Part shown: one piece after another, positions 18,918-29,054 of the stretch | Layout of the letters: each line of letters starts with the position of its first letter | Numbering within the stretch: position 1 is the stretch's first letter | DNA from: an uncultured virus (IMG/VR IMGVR_UViG_3300042526_000595) | Taxonomy: Duplodnaviria > Heunggongvirae > Uroviricota > Caudoviricetes | Virus record (IMG/VR): IMGVR_UViG_3300042526_000595 | Location: 1 to 64,000 of that record | DNA: 64,000 nucleotides | Direction: 5' to 3' (one strand) | The notes under the pieces: model-generated | What the model was told of the DNA's origin: nothing | The model's input: only the letters and a program-made list of their open reading frames with translations | Databases searched by the model: none | Translations under genes and position numbers: made by a program

Positions 18918-21635
18918 ATGAAAAAAGTTTTAATTATAACCCCCCATTTAAGTACTGGTGGAGCACCACAAGTAACACTTAATAAGATAAAGTTATTAAA
19001 GAACGATTATATTATTAAATGTGTTGAATATTCTTTGGTTGCGTGGAACTATGTGGTTCAACGAAATCAAATTGAAAATATGTTATTAGATAATTTCCAC
19101 CCATTAGGAGATAATAAATCTGAACTTATTAATATTTTAAAAGATTTTAATCCTGATGTTGTTAGTATGGAAGAATTCCCTGAATTCTTTATGGACGATG
19201 AAATAACAAAAGAAATATATAAGCAAGACCGTAGATACACTATTTTTGAAACTACCCACGATTCTAGCTTTCCTGTTACATCAAAAAGATTTTTTCCTGA
19301 TAAATTCATATTTGTAAGTGCGTTTAACGCCTTTAGATATTCTATCTTTGATATTCCATATGAAATAATAGAATATCCTGTAGATGTCAAAATAAAAAAC
19401 CAAAAAGAGAATCAAGAGAAATTAGATTTAAACCCTAATTGGAAACATGTGGTTAATGTTGGTTTATTTACCGCTAGAAAAAACCAAAAATATCTTTTTG
19501 AGATTGCCGAATACTTAAAGAATTATAAAATTAAATTTCATTTTATTGGGAATCAAGCGGACAACTTTAAAGATTATTGGGGACCATTGATAACTAACAA
19601 ACCAAAGAATGCCATTATATGGGGTGAAAGAAATGATGTGGGTAGTTTTATTCAAGCATCCGATGTATTTTTCTTTTCATCAAAAGGTGACCGAAATAAT
19701 AAGGAATTAAACCCTATCGCCATTAAAGAGGCTTTAGAGTATAAGATACCGATGATGATGTATAATTTGGAGGTTTATTGTGATAAATACAATGATAAAG
19801 AATCAATAATCTTTTTAACCGGAGATATAAAACAAGATTCCGAAAACTTATTAAACATATTAGGTCTTGAGATTGACAATAATTTAATCTCATCCATAAA
19901 TGATGATGAAGTAATTATTATCAGTACTTACCCCGACACCATTAAACGCAAAAATCTAACGATTGAGTGTATAGAAAGTTTCAAAAAATTAGGTAGAAAA
20001 ATTATATTAGTTTCTCATTATCCGGTACCAAATGAAATACAGGAGATGGCGGATTATTATATATTTGACTCAAATAATTTAATGATACCTCATTCATATT
20101 ATACTCACTTCTATAATAATACAGACCAATATAATACTCAAATAAACATCAATGGGTTATCAAATTCAAATCAATCTTTGGCGGTACACATGAATTTTAT
20201 GAATGGTGCTAAATTGGCTAAAGATATTGGTGCAACCAAATTTATGATAATCACTTATGATGTTATTCTAAATGATTTAGACATACCATTAATTGAAGAA
20301 TATTTTAATAAATTAACAACTTGGAACTGTTGTTTATCCTATATGGATAATGGTATTGAAACGACATCAATGGTGTTTAAAACCAGTTATTTTCTAAATA
20401 CTTTTTTAGATATTAATGATGAAGTTACCTTTAATAATCATTGTTTAGAATTAAAATGTCACAATTTTTTAGAAAATTACTATATGAAAATTTTAGAAGG
20501 TAAAGAAAATATTTGGATTGAATATAATAATAAAAAAACAATATTACCGAATTCAGGTTTGGGGGTATCATCTAATTCTGAATATTATTCAATTTTACCA
20601 GTTAATGATACTAAAAATAGGTGGGTGTTTTATTTTTATACATATAATATTGATAATCGTAGATTGGAATTATCAATTAATAAATCGGGTAAAAACATCT
20701 TTAATGATTCTATAATTATTTCCGAACATAAGTTAGATTTAGTAACCAATAGAGCAAAATATTTTAAACATATCGATTATGATGGAGAACCTATTGAAAT
20801 TATCATTTCATTTTATGATGGAAATAATTTACATAAAACAGAAACTTACGAATTAAATGATGTAACAATTCACGAATATCGTAATAACGGGTTCTTTAAA
20901 GAAATTAATATTAACCAATCTTTAAAATATAATGTTAAAGTATTACATTTACAAACAACCATAGACGACAGTAGAGAGCAACTATCAAGAGAATCTGTTA
21001 AAAGAGTTTGTGATTTTGGGTTTAATTATGTATTACATCAAAATGAGGTGTTTTCATCATTACCACCATCACATAATTGTTTAAGACCTCATAATGTTAG
21101 ATTAGAAAAATATACTAATATTAACGACCCTGAATACGGGAATGCTTTAACCCCAACTCATTATGGATGTTTTGAATCATTCAAATTGGGGATTATGTCT
21201 GAATTTGATAAAGATTTAGATTTTCTAATTGTGTGTGAAGGAGATTGTATAATTGAGGTCCCTATGGAGGAATTTGTAAATAAAGTCAATCAAGTTTGTG
21301 AAATCATTAATAATGAAGATATATCTTATTTCTCATTTGGAGATACTAAAACATTAGATTTTGGGTGGCATCAATCTGATGTGGTTAGAGAAATACCTAA
21401 TCAAGATTTACTTTTTATTACTGATAAAATAATTGGTTTGCAATGTATCATGTTTCCAATAAAAACTAAAGAATACCTTATCAATAAATTAAGAACCGAA
21501 AAATGGGATTGTATGGACACATTTTTTAATATAATTTTTTCAGGTAAAAATATGGGGATACTAAAAAATAGAATAACAACTCAATCAGACGGATATTCTT
21601 TAATTGATAAAGAATTAAAAACATTTATAAAATAA
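18918..21635 (+). CDS. Multidomain glycosyltransferase (GT4 plus GT-A-like domains)
   Basis: PHLSTGGAPQ, VGLFTARKNQ, ELNPIAIKEAL; C-terminal YGCFESF...CEGD. Confidence 0.8.
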   Translation: MKKVLIITPHLSTGGAPQVTLNKIKLLKNDYIIKCVEYSLVAWNYVVQRNQIENMLLDNFHPLGDNKSELINILKDFNPDVVSMEEFPEFFMDDEITKEIYKQDRRYTIFETTHDSSFPVTSKRFFPDKFIFVSAFNAFRYSIFDIPYEIIEYPVDVKIKNQKENQEKLDLNPNWKHVVNVGLFTARKNQKYLFEIAEYLKNYKIKFHFIGNQADNFKDYWGPLITNKPKNAIIWGERNDVGSFIQASDVFFFSSKGDRNNKELNPIAIKEALEYKIPMMMYNLEVYCDKYNDKESIIFLTGDIKQDSENLLNILGLEIDNNLISSINDDEVIIISTYPDTIKRKNLTIECIESFKKLGRKIILVSHYPVPNEIQEMADYYIFDSNNLMIPHSYYTHFYNNTDQYNTQININGLSNSNQSLAVHMNFMNGAKLAKDIGATKFMIITYDVILNDLDIPLIEEYFNKLTTWNCCLSYMDNGIETTSMVFKTSYFLNTFLDINDEVTFNNHCLELKCHNFLENYYMKILEGKENIWIEYNNKKTILPNSGLGVSSNSEYYSILPVNDTKNRWVFYFYTYNIDNRRLELSINKSGKNIFNDSIIISEHKLDLVTNRAKYFKHIDYDGEPIEIIISFYDGNNLHKTETYELNDVTIHEYRNNGFFKEININQSLKYNVKVLHLQTTIDDSREQLSRESVKRVCDFGFNYVLHQNEVFSSLPPSHNCLRPHNVRLEKYTNINDPEYGNALTPTHYGCFESFKLGIMSEFDKDLDFLIVCEGDCIIEVPMEEFVNKVNQVCEIINNEDISYFSFGDTKTLDFGWHQSDVVREIPNQDLLFITDKIIGLQCIMFPIKTKEYLINKLRTEKWDCMDTFFNIIFSGKNMGILKNRITTQSDGYSLIDKELKTFIK

Positions 21636-21639
21636 TAAA

Positions 21640-22803
21640 ATGGAAATAACTGGAAGTCATATTTATAAAAATTTAAAAATATCCCAACATGATTCAATAT
21701 CGGAAAGTTTTGAAGAACTAATCATTTCTCTCAAACCTAGTCAAATTTTAGAAATAGGTACTTTTGGGGGTGGATTAACTTTATTAATTAGAGATTTATT
21801 AGATAATAACGGATTAAAAAATACTAGATTAATAACCTACGATATTAACACACCTTCCCATCTTATGGATTATGTGAGAGAAGGTTCAAAGATAGATGTT
21901 AGAGTTAAAAATATTTTCAATTCCGATTATAATGGTTTAATTGATGAACAGGAGATAATAGATATTATACAATCAAATGGGACAACATTAGTTTTATGTG
22001 ATGGGGGTAATAAAATAAATGAATTTAAAATATTGTCAAATTATTTAAAAGTTGGTGATGTAATTATGGCACATGATTACTCCCCAAATGAAGAACATTT
22101 TCAAAAACATATTAATAATCAAATATGGAATTGGTTTGAAATACAAGATTCAGATATTATTGACTCTTGTATTAAAAATAGTTTAATCTCTTATATGGAA
22201 GAAAAATTTAGAAATGTTGTTTGGGTTTGTAAAATCAAATCACAAGTTTTGTTATCTATTTTAGTATGTTCTTTACTTGAGAGAAATAATACATTTTTAA
22301 ATAAATTAATTAATTCGGTTGAATCTCAAATCGGTGATAATCCGGTAGAATTTTTAGTATTTTCGGATAACGCGAAAAGGTCTATTGGTGCAAAAAGAAA
22401 TGATTTATTAAGATTATCAAAAGGAAAGTATGTTTCATTCATTGATGATGATGACCGAATTTCCGATACATACATTAAAGATATTCTTAACGAAATTGTT
22501 AATTGGTCACCAGATGTTATCGTTTTTGATGCGGAAATTTCATTTAATGGTTCTAACAATAAATTAGTTAAATATGGTAGGGAATACGATTATTGTGAAA
22601 AATCCGATGCGTATTATAGACACCCAAATCATTTAATGGTTCATAAAAAAGAAAATATTACCGAATTTTTTAACAACATTAATTTTGGTGAAGACGATGA
22701 ATGGGCGTCGAGAATGTTACCAAGAATCGTAACACAGTCAAGAATAAATAAAATTTTATATTTTTACGATTACAACACCTCAACTAAAAAAATAATTAAA
22801 TGA
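21640..22803 (+). CDS. SAM methyltransferase / GT2 fusion
   Basis: ILEIGTFGGG, CDGG, AHDY; then IGAKRN...FIDDDD...GEDDEW. Confidence 0.8.
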   Translation: MEITGSHIYKNLKISQHDSISESFEELIISLKPSQILEIGTFGGGLTLLIRDLLDNNGLKNTRLITYDINTPSHLMDYVREGSKIDVRVKNIFNSDYNGLIDEQEIIDIIQSNGTTLVLCDGGNKINEFKILSNYLKVGDVIMAHDYSPNEEHFQKHINNQIWNWFEIQDSDIIDSCIKNSLISYMEEKFRNVVWVCKIKSQVLLSILVCSLLERNNTFLNKLINSVESQIGDNPVEFLVFSDNAKRSIGAKRNDLLRLSKGKYVSFIDDDDRISDTYIKDILNEIVNWSPDVIVFDAEISFNGSNNKLVKYGREYDYCEKSDAYYRHPNHLMVHKKENITEFFNNINFGEDDEWASRMLPRIVTQSRINKILYFYDYNTSTKKIIK

Positions 22804-23429
22804 TGGAAAGATTTAATATTATAAATTACTTGATAGAAAACAATAATTATAAAAGTTTTTTGGAAATTGGGACTCAGGATCGTATCAATTTATCCAAAAT
22901 AATTATTGATAAAAAAATTAGTGTTGACCCAGACCCAAATGTTAATAGTGATTTTAATATATCTTCCGATGATTTTTTTAAACAAAATATGGATAAATTT
23001 GATATTATTTTTATAGATGGACTACATCATGCCGATTTTGCGTATAGAGATATAATAAATTCATTAAAAATATTAAATAAAGACGGTTGCATTGTTGTTC
23101 ACGATGTTATACCACATTCATATGAAAGCCAACTAATCCCGTTAGAAAAAACATTGTTAAACGGTACATCAATATGGAATGGTGATGTTTGGAAAACATG
23201 GATTAAATTAAGAACTGAAAGAAAAGATTTAATGATGAAAGTTGTGAATACCGACCACGGATGTGGTATCATACATTTAACAAACTATAATAACGGAGAT
23301 TTTTTAGAATCTTACAATAATGGCTATTATGAATATAATAAAGAACTTATATTATCATCATTAAATCTAATTTCTTCTGACAAATTTTTAACATTATTTA
23401 AAACCCCAATTTCTAAACAATATGATTAA
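22800..23429 (+). CDS. Class I SAM-dependent methyltransferase (Methyltransf_24-like)
   Basis: FLEIG, FDIIFIDGLH, VVHD, WNGDVWK. Confidence 0.85.
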   Translation: MMERFNIINYLIENNNYKSFLEIGTQDRINLSKIIIDKKISVDPDPNVNSDFNISSDDFFKQNMDKFDIIFIDGLHHADFAYRDIINSLKILNKDGCIVVHDVIPHSYESQLIPLEKTLLNGTSIWNGDVWKTWIKLRTERKDLMMKVVNTDHGCGIIHLTNYNNGDFLESYNNGYYEYNKELILSSLNLISSDKFLTLFKTPISKQYD

Positions 23430-26283
23430 TAATATTTTTAACATAGATAAAAATACCATATCTATTGATGTGATTTGTTTATCAAACACTAAAGATAAAA
23501 GTTTTTATAATTTAACAAAACAGACATTAGACACCCTTTTACTAACCAAAGGGGGGTATGTTTTTAACATAAAATTAATAGAATCTAATATTGAATCTAA
23601 ATTTATTTATGATTATCCGAATTTAAATGTTATCACACCAAATGAAAAATTTAATTATAATAAATTCTTAAATATTGGGTTGTCATATTGTGAAAGTGAA
23701 TGGATATTAATTATCAATAATGATTTAATATTTACTGAAGATTGGTTAAATAACATATTAATTGAATATTCTTTAAATCCTAACATAAAATCTTTTTCAC
23801 CCTTTGAACCTGAATGGGTTCAAAATTATTATAATGGTTCATTTAAAGAGGGTAATGTTTTTTTAGGTTATAATCCTTGTGTTGAGTTATACGGGTGGTG
23901 TATATTAGTTAAGAAAGAAGTAATAGATTTAATAGGCGGGTTTGATGAACAATTTGAATTTTATTATCAAGATAATGATTATGGTTTAACTTTACAAAAG
24001 CACAATATTCCACATGCTTTAATTAAAAATTCTATAGTTTATCATTTAGTATCTAAAAGCCATGAATTAATACCGAATGATAAACACAAGTCAAACACAA
24101 GAATAATGGAAAAATTATTTAGAAATAAATGGGAAAAATGGGAAAAAATAAATAACTATATGAGAATAACACAAGTAACTCCGGGAGTAATCCCAATACC
24201 CCCTAATGGATGGGGAGCCGTCGAAAAAATATTATGGTGCTACCATAACGAATTTAATTCTTTGGGTCACGAATGTACTATAAAATATTTAAATGAGGCG
24301 TCTACCGATAATTCGGATATTATACATATCCATATTGCCAATTTAGCATTAGATGCTGCGGAAAGAGGTGTCCCTTACATCTTTTCATTACACGACCATC
24401 ATGTTGTTCATTATGGAAAAGATTCATTTAACTATCGTCAAAATTTAGAAGCAATACAAAAATCCGTAATTTCATTTTGTCACGCAGAATATTTAGTTGA
24501 TTACTTTGAAGGGACTGATAAATTATTCTATCTATCTCATGGAGTGGAAGTTGATTATTTTAAAGTCGATAATTTATATAGAGAAGAACATAAATTACTT
24601 TGTATTGCTAATAATGGTATTGGAGGTGACTCCTCGTTTGATAGAAAAGGGTTTAGATACGCAATAGAATCTGCAAAAAAATTAAATCTTCCAATAACAA
24701 TTGCCGGACCGGAAAACAATAAATTATTTTTTCAACACCACCCTGACTTATTAGAATACGAAAAATTAACGCTATTATTAACCAATTTAAGTGAAGATGA
24801 AATTTTAGAGTTATATAAATCACACTCAATATTTTTACACCCATCCATATTGGAAGCTGGTCACCCAAATTTAACATTATTAGAGGCTGTCTCTTGTGGA
24901 CTTCCTGTTGTTGGAACTTACGAGGGGTCTCAAAAGATTGACGGTATGATTATATCCGAAAGAAATTCTGATTTAGTTGCGAATGCTATCTCGGAAATAA
25001 TAAATCAATATAAACATTATGTTGATTTAACCCAAAACAATAGAACTAAATTTGATTGGACAACTATTTGTAAAAGAATGGTTAAAATGTATGAGGTGGT
25101 TACCTCAATAAAAAAGGAATACTCATCTGAAGAAACCAAAAATTTATTTATAAAAAATTTTAACAATATAACGAAAACAATGGGATTAATAAACTCAAAT
25201 AACCAAAATGTAAAACCAGATGTAAAATATAATTTTCATTTTGTTAATCAACCTTTTTTTGAAATATTAGGTGATAGTGATAAAAAATTTAATGTTGAAT
25301 TTTATGATAGTAGTGGATTGCATCATCACACAGAATTATCGTCAAATATGTGGACTAAAGTAAGTCGAGAATACTTTACAAATTGGTATATCAAAGTTTC
25401 TTGTGATAATGATATTGTTTTTGAATATAACCTTGATTTAACAAATAGAAGAGTTTTCATTTCTTTTGAATCTAGTTCATTGGGAGATAGTATTGCTTGG
25501 ATACCTTATGTTTTAGAATTTAAAAAACAACATAATTGTATTGTAATTGTCTCAACTTTTTGGAATAAATTATTTAAAAAATCCTATCCTGAATTAGAGT
25601 TTATTGAACCGGGTTCAACGGTACATAATTTATTTGCCTTATACAGAATTGGGTGGTTTGAAAACGAAACAAAAGAACCGTTTTACCCTAATACAATACC
25701 ATTACAAAAAACAATCACAAATCTTTTAAAATTAGAACATTCCGAAATTAAAGCAACACTTGATTTTACACCTAAAGTAAAACCTATGGTTGAGAAGTAT
25801 ATAACAATTGCCGATGAATCAACCGCAGGATTAAAACTATGGAATAACCCAAAAGGGTGGCAAGAACTTATTGATTATTTAACTGGATTAGGTTATAAAA
25901 TTATTAATATATCTAAACACGGTGGAAATTATAAAAATGTTACAAAATTAAAAGACACATCAATAGAGAATACAATGAACTATATTCACCATAGTGAATT
26001 CTTTATTGGGTTATCAAGTGGATTGTCTTGGCTTTCATGGGCGTTAGGAAAACATGTTGTTATGATTTCTAATTTTACCGAATCTAACCATGAATTTACC
26101 ACAAACTGTACTAGAATTACAAATGATTCTGTATGTAATGGATGTTGGAATAAGTCAGAATTTAGATTTGACCGTGGTGATTGGAATTGGTGTCCCGAAA
26201 ATAAAGGAACACCTCGTCAGTTTGAGTGTCACAAATCAATAACCTCTGAAATGGTGATAAAACAGATACAACATTTATTATAA
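23422..26283 (+). CDS. Three-domain glycosyltransferase: GT2, GT4 and AAH/TibC-like autotransporter O-heptosyltransferase domain
   Basis: FNYNKFLN...NND; PPNGWGAVE...EAGHPNLTLLEA; SSSLGDSIAW...FFIGLSSGLSWLSWA...CNGCW...WCP...FEC. Confidence 0.82.
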   Translation: MINNIFNIDKNTISIDVICLSNTKDKSFYNLTKQTLDTLLLTKGGYVFNIKLIESNIESKFIYDYPNLNVITPNEKFNYNKFLNIGLSYCESEWILIINNDLIFTEDWLNNILIEYSLNPNIKSFSPFEPEWVQNYYNGSFKEGNVFLGYNPCVELYGWCILVKKEVIDLIGGFDEQFEFYYQDNDYGLTLQKHNIPHALIKNSIVYHLVSKSHELIPNDKHKSNTRIMEKLFRNKWEKWEKINNYMRITQVTPGVIPIPPNGWGAVEKILWCYHNEFNSLGHECTIKYLNEASTDNSDIIHIHIANLALDAAERGVPYIFSLHDHHVVHYGKDSFNYRQNLEAIQKSVISFCHAEYLVDYFEGTDKLFYLSHGVEVDYFKVDNLYREEHKLLCIANNGIGGDSSFDRKGFRYAIESAKKLNLPITIAGPENNKLFFQHHPDLLEYEKLTLLLTNLSEDEILELYKSHSIFLHPSILEAGHPNLTLLEAVSCGLPVVGTYEGSQKIDGMIISERNSDLVANAISEIINQYKHYVDLTQNNRTKFDWTTICKRMVKMYEVVTSIKKEYSSEETKNLFIKNFNNITKTMGLINSNNQNVKPDVKYNFHFVNQPFFEILGDSDKKFNVEFYDSSGLHHHTELSSNMWTKVSREYFTNWYIKVSCDNDIVFEYNLDLTNRRVFISFESSSLGDSIAWIPYVLEFKKQHNCIVIVSTFWNKLFKKSYPELEFIEPGSTVHNLFALYRIGWFENETKEPFYPNTIPLQKTITNLLKLEHSEIKATLDFTPKVKPMVEKYITIADESTAGLKLWNNPKGWQELIDYLTGLGYKIINISKHGGNYKNVTKLKDTSIENTMNYIHHSEFFIGLSSGLSWLSWALGKHVVMISNFTESNHEFTTNCTRITNDSVCNGCWNKSEFRFDRGDWNWCPENKGTPRQFECHKSITSEMVIKQIQHLL

Positions 26284-26284
26284 C

Positions 26285-26310
26285 AAAAAACCCCAATTAA
26301 GGGGTTTTTT
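26285..26310. terminator. Bidirectional intrinsic terminator
   Basis: AAAAAACCCC-AATTAA-GGGGTTTTTT between convergent genes. Confidence 0.85.
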
Positions 26311-27185
26311 TATTGTTTTCTAATTGAATCTATAATTTGATTTACATCAAAAATTTCATTTAAATCATTATACGGAATACTTGTCATATCTTGGAATAAT
26401 AAATATTTAGAATAATGACTATGGTCTAACATAATCTCTTTTGTTGGGGTATTTGCCGTTATATTTGTATTGGTGTGATATCCGAAAACATTGGGGTTAG
26501 TTCCAACCCAAGTAACAACCGATGGTAAATTTAATGCCATCGCAATGTGCATAACGCTTGAATCTATTAACAATCGTTTTTTAGATAAACTTAATAGAAT
26601 TGCTATACTCCTAAAATCGTCTAACGCTTGTAATGTATCTTCATAAACAAATTGGTCTTCCCTTTTAATGTGGAGAATTGCGTAATCATTTTTAAAATAT
26701 CTAATCACTTCCTCTATTGTTGGTTGAGGTATATCACGAGTCCAACTATATTTTAATGGTTGTCCAGCCGCTCCACCGTTTGGTTGGATAACCATAATTG
26801 GTTTATCCACTTTATAGAATTGCGTGAAGTATTGTTTTTCAGCTTCAGATATAAAAATTTCAGGTAATTCTCCTCTATATTCAACCTTGAACATTTCACA
26901 CCAAATTTGAATTAAATGTTTGGATTCTGTAATGTAATCTGATGTTTGATATGGTTCACCAACAAACACTTTAGATTCTTGGTTCATAATGTATTTAGCG
27001 TAAATACCCGATAATTGACCGTGATTTAATACCTTGTTCATATTTGGATTGTTAATAAAAATATCCGGAAAACCAGTTACTACAATTATATAATCGTCAG
27101 GGTATTGTCTTCTAATGGCTTTTAATACGGCGGTTCCCATTACACTTTTTCCGAGACCACCTTCTATTGAAAATATTATATTCAT
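26310..27185 (-). CDS. GT9-like glycosyltransferase
   Basis: EGGLGK, IDSSVMHIAMALNLPSVVTWVGT. Confidence 0.7.
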   Translation of the reverse strand: MNIIFSIEGGLGKSVMGTAVLKAIRRQYPDDYIIVVTGFPDIFINNPNMNKVLNHGQLSGIYAKYIMNQESKVFVGEPYQTSDYITESKHLIQIWCEMFKVEYRGELPEIFISEAEKQYFTQFYKVDKPIMVIQPNGGAAGQPLKYSWTRDIPQPTIEEVIRYFKNDYAILHIKREDQFVYEDTLQALDDFRSIAILLSLSKKRLLIDSSVMHIAMALNLPSVVTWVGTNPNVFGYHTNTNITANTPTKEIMLDHSHYSKYLLFQDMTSIPYNDLNEIFDVNQIIDSIRKQ

Positions 27186-27195
27186 CTTTGTTTTT

Positions 27196-27642
27196 TTAAT
27201 TGTTTAATATTTTTTTTATACATTCATTAACCCCAATGTTTGTGGTGTCAATATTAATAAAGTTTTCTGTAGGTGATTCATAATCATCAACAAACAAATT
27301 CTCTCTACCTCTAATTTCTGATGTGTGAACATAAATCTCTGTGATTTTTCTACCCATCTTTTTCTTAAATTCTTCTCTTTGGTCTTTATAAGGTGATACT
27401 AATGAAACAACGACATGAACACTTTTAGAATTAAGGTATTGAGACATTTGTTGAGCGAGTTGTATATTTTTTCTTCTACCCTCTTCAGAATAATCTTTAT
27501 TATCAAATAAATCTCTAATATCATCACCATCAATATGGAAACATAATTCTCTTTTAGAATCAACAATTGATGAACATAATTCTTTCGCCATTGTTGTTTT
27601 ACCGGCTCCCGGCTGACCTGTTATCCAAAATATATTAGACAT
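27196..27642 (-). CDS. cysC: Adenylyl-sulfate (APS) kinase
   Basis: WITGQPGAGKTT, IDGDDIR, DYSEEGRRKNI, SLVSPY, YESP; likely start is ATG 27642 rather than 27723. Confidence 0.88.
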   Translation of the reverse strand: MSNIFWITGQPGAGKTTMAKELCSSIVDSKRELCFHIDGDDIRDLFDNKDYSEEGRRKNIQLAQQMSQYLNSKSVHVVVSLVSPYKDQREEFKKKMGRKITEIYVHTSEIRGRENLFVDDYESPTENFINIDTTNIGVNECIKKILNN

Positions 27643-28456
27643 ACCCAAAATAATCATAAAACCATTTATAGTGATTCTTAATATTGGTGGATAATTCATA
27701 ACCCAATATATCCAAATAATCATCCGGTAATTTTCTAAATTCTTTTCTCAATACATGGTCACCATATATACCGTGAACAACATCATTTTCGTTTGTCACC
27801 TGTTCGATATATTCAAAATTGTGTCCTTGATACATTGGTTGTCCAACATAGTCGTAAAATCGTTTTAATTCTCTTTCAGGGTTATCCATTAAATCCTCAT
27901 ATCTAATAAATAAAATTTTAGTATGAAGTCCTTGTTGGAAGATATCTTGTAGTCGGTCTAATGTGACACCAACCGGTGGTCCACTAGCCCAAATATCAAT
28001 TCGTTTATTTACAGTTGTTCCAACCAATTCGTTTGGGTTCTGTACATGACTTTCTTTGTGGGGGTTTTTTCTAAAGTTCTTTTCCATTGAGGAATAGACA
28101 CATCTGATGTCTCTAACCATACAAACAATCTTTGGGTCTTCTTTGAATAAACTCAATAGATTGTAATTAATACCCCACCCTCGACTCTTATCTAACACAT
28201 AGGGTTTATCTGTTAATTCCTCAAAGAATCCTTGAATCCCTTTTCTACAAAAATTAATGAATGCTTTTTCCATTAATTTAGGGTCTTGTGCTCTAATTTC
28301 TTGAGAACCATTATAATGATTTTTTGCTCCTGACACCAACTCAATTAATCCTGATGTTGGGGTTACGTAAAATTGGGGGTTTTGTCCGATTAAATTTTGA
28401 AATAGGGTTGAACCTGCTCTAGGTAGAGAAGAGTTAAAAAAGATTATCTTATCCAT
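27635..28456 (-). CDS. Sulfotransferase
   Basis: PAPS-binding SLPRAGSTL, DKSRGW, MVRD...S, RYEDL. Confidence 0.88.
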   Translation of the reverse strand: MDKIIFFNSSLPRAGSTLFQNLIGQNPQFYVTPTSGLIELVSGAKNHYNGSQEIRAQDPKLMEKAFINFCRKGIQGFFEELTDKPYVLDKSRGWGINYNLLSLFKEDPKIVCMVRDIRCVYSSMEKNFRKNPHKESHVQNPNELVGTTVNKRIDIWASGPPVGVTLDRLQDIFQQGLHTKILFIRYEDLMDNPERELKRFYDYVGQPMYQGHNFEYIEQVTNENDVVHGIYGDHVLRKEFRKLPDDYLDILGYELSTNIKNHYKWFYDYFGYV

Positions 28457-28505
28457 AAATTATAACATATATTTGTGTTAATAATAAACGGATATTGAAT
28501 TGTTG

Positions 28506-28539
28506 TAAACCCTATTGAAGTAATTTTTAATAGGGTTTA
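28506..28539. terminator. Inverted repeat, probable terminator
   Basis: TAAACCCTATT-N12-AATAGGGTTTA. Confidence 0.6.
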
Positions 28540-28550
28540 TTCGAAAAAAT

Positions 28551-28599
28551 AAAGTGGTCTTGTCCTCTCCGACCAGCTAATTCCCGTAGCAACCACCTT
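28551..28599 (-). ncRNA. Candidate small structured RNA element (three-way junction)
   Basis: GC-rich island: AAGGUGGU/ACCACUUU closing stem enclosing GCUA-CGGGAAU-UAGC and GUC-GGAGAG-GAC hairpins. Confidence 0.35.
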
Positions 28600-28861
28600 A
28601 TAGCAATATCGTTCCGATGATAGCTCCTAAGGTTGTGAAGGCGATGTCATAGTAATCAAAAGGGGCTTCGTGATATTTTCCATGGTACCATTCCCAAACA
28701 AATCCTATTACATATCCAAATAGACCTGCCACTATAAGTTGACCTATTTTCCCTATATCAAAGGAGGGGTCAAATTTGATTAGTAGCCAAATAATCGGCG
28801 TTACTGTTAAAATACCACCAAGTATGTGTAAGTGATATCGTTGTTTAAAAAAATTATTCAT
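28598..28861 (-). CDS. Small membrane protein (three hydrophobic segments)
   Basis: HLHILGG...WEW...DYYDIAFTTLG; hydrophobic helices. Confidence 0.7.
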   Translation of the reverse strand: MNNFFKQRYHLHILGGILTVTPIIWLLIKFDPSFDIGKIGQLIVAGLFGYVIGFVWEWYHGKYHEAPFDYYDIAFTTLGAIIGTILL

Positions 28862-28865
28862 AATT

Positions 28866-29039
28866 TTAATTATTATTGTTTATATAAGGTTGTTCATTAT
28901 ACCAAGTCCATCCTTCAACGGGGTAGGTGTAAGTATCTTTTAATTCTTTTACTAATGTGAAATCGGGGGCGTATACAAAGTTAGGTGCGTATAGCCAATA
29001 ATTGTCTTCAAATTTATAAAATCCTGATGTATCTTCCAT
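28866..29039 (-). CDS. 57-aa protein absent from the ORF track; possible partner of the upstream LRR protein
   Basis: Manual translation MEDTSGFYKFEDNYWLYAPNFVYAPDFTLVKELKDTYTYPVEGWTWYNEQPYINNNN fills the gap between neighbours. Confidence 0.75.
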   Translation of the reverse strand: MEDTSGFYKFEDNYWLYAPNFVYAPDFTLVKELKDTYTYPVEGWTWYNEQPYINNNN

Positions 29040-29054
29040 ATTTTTTTATTTATT

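Noticed and set aside
27643..27723. N-terminal extension of APS kinase called by the ORF track
   Set aside because: Overlaps the sulfotransferase 3' end; the kinase fold begins at ATG 27642.
28551..28599. tRNA gene
   Set aside because: Too short, with no TTC-containing T-loop or cloverleaf; no tRNA was recognised in the window.
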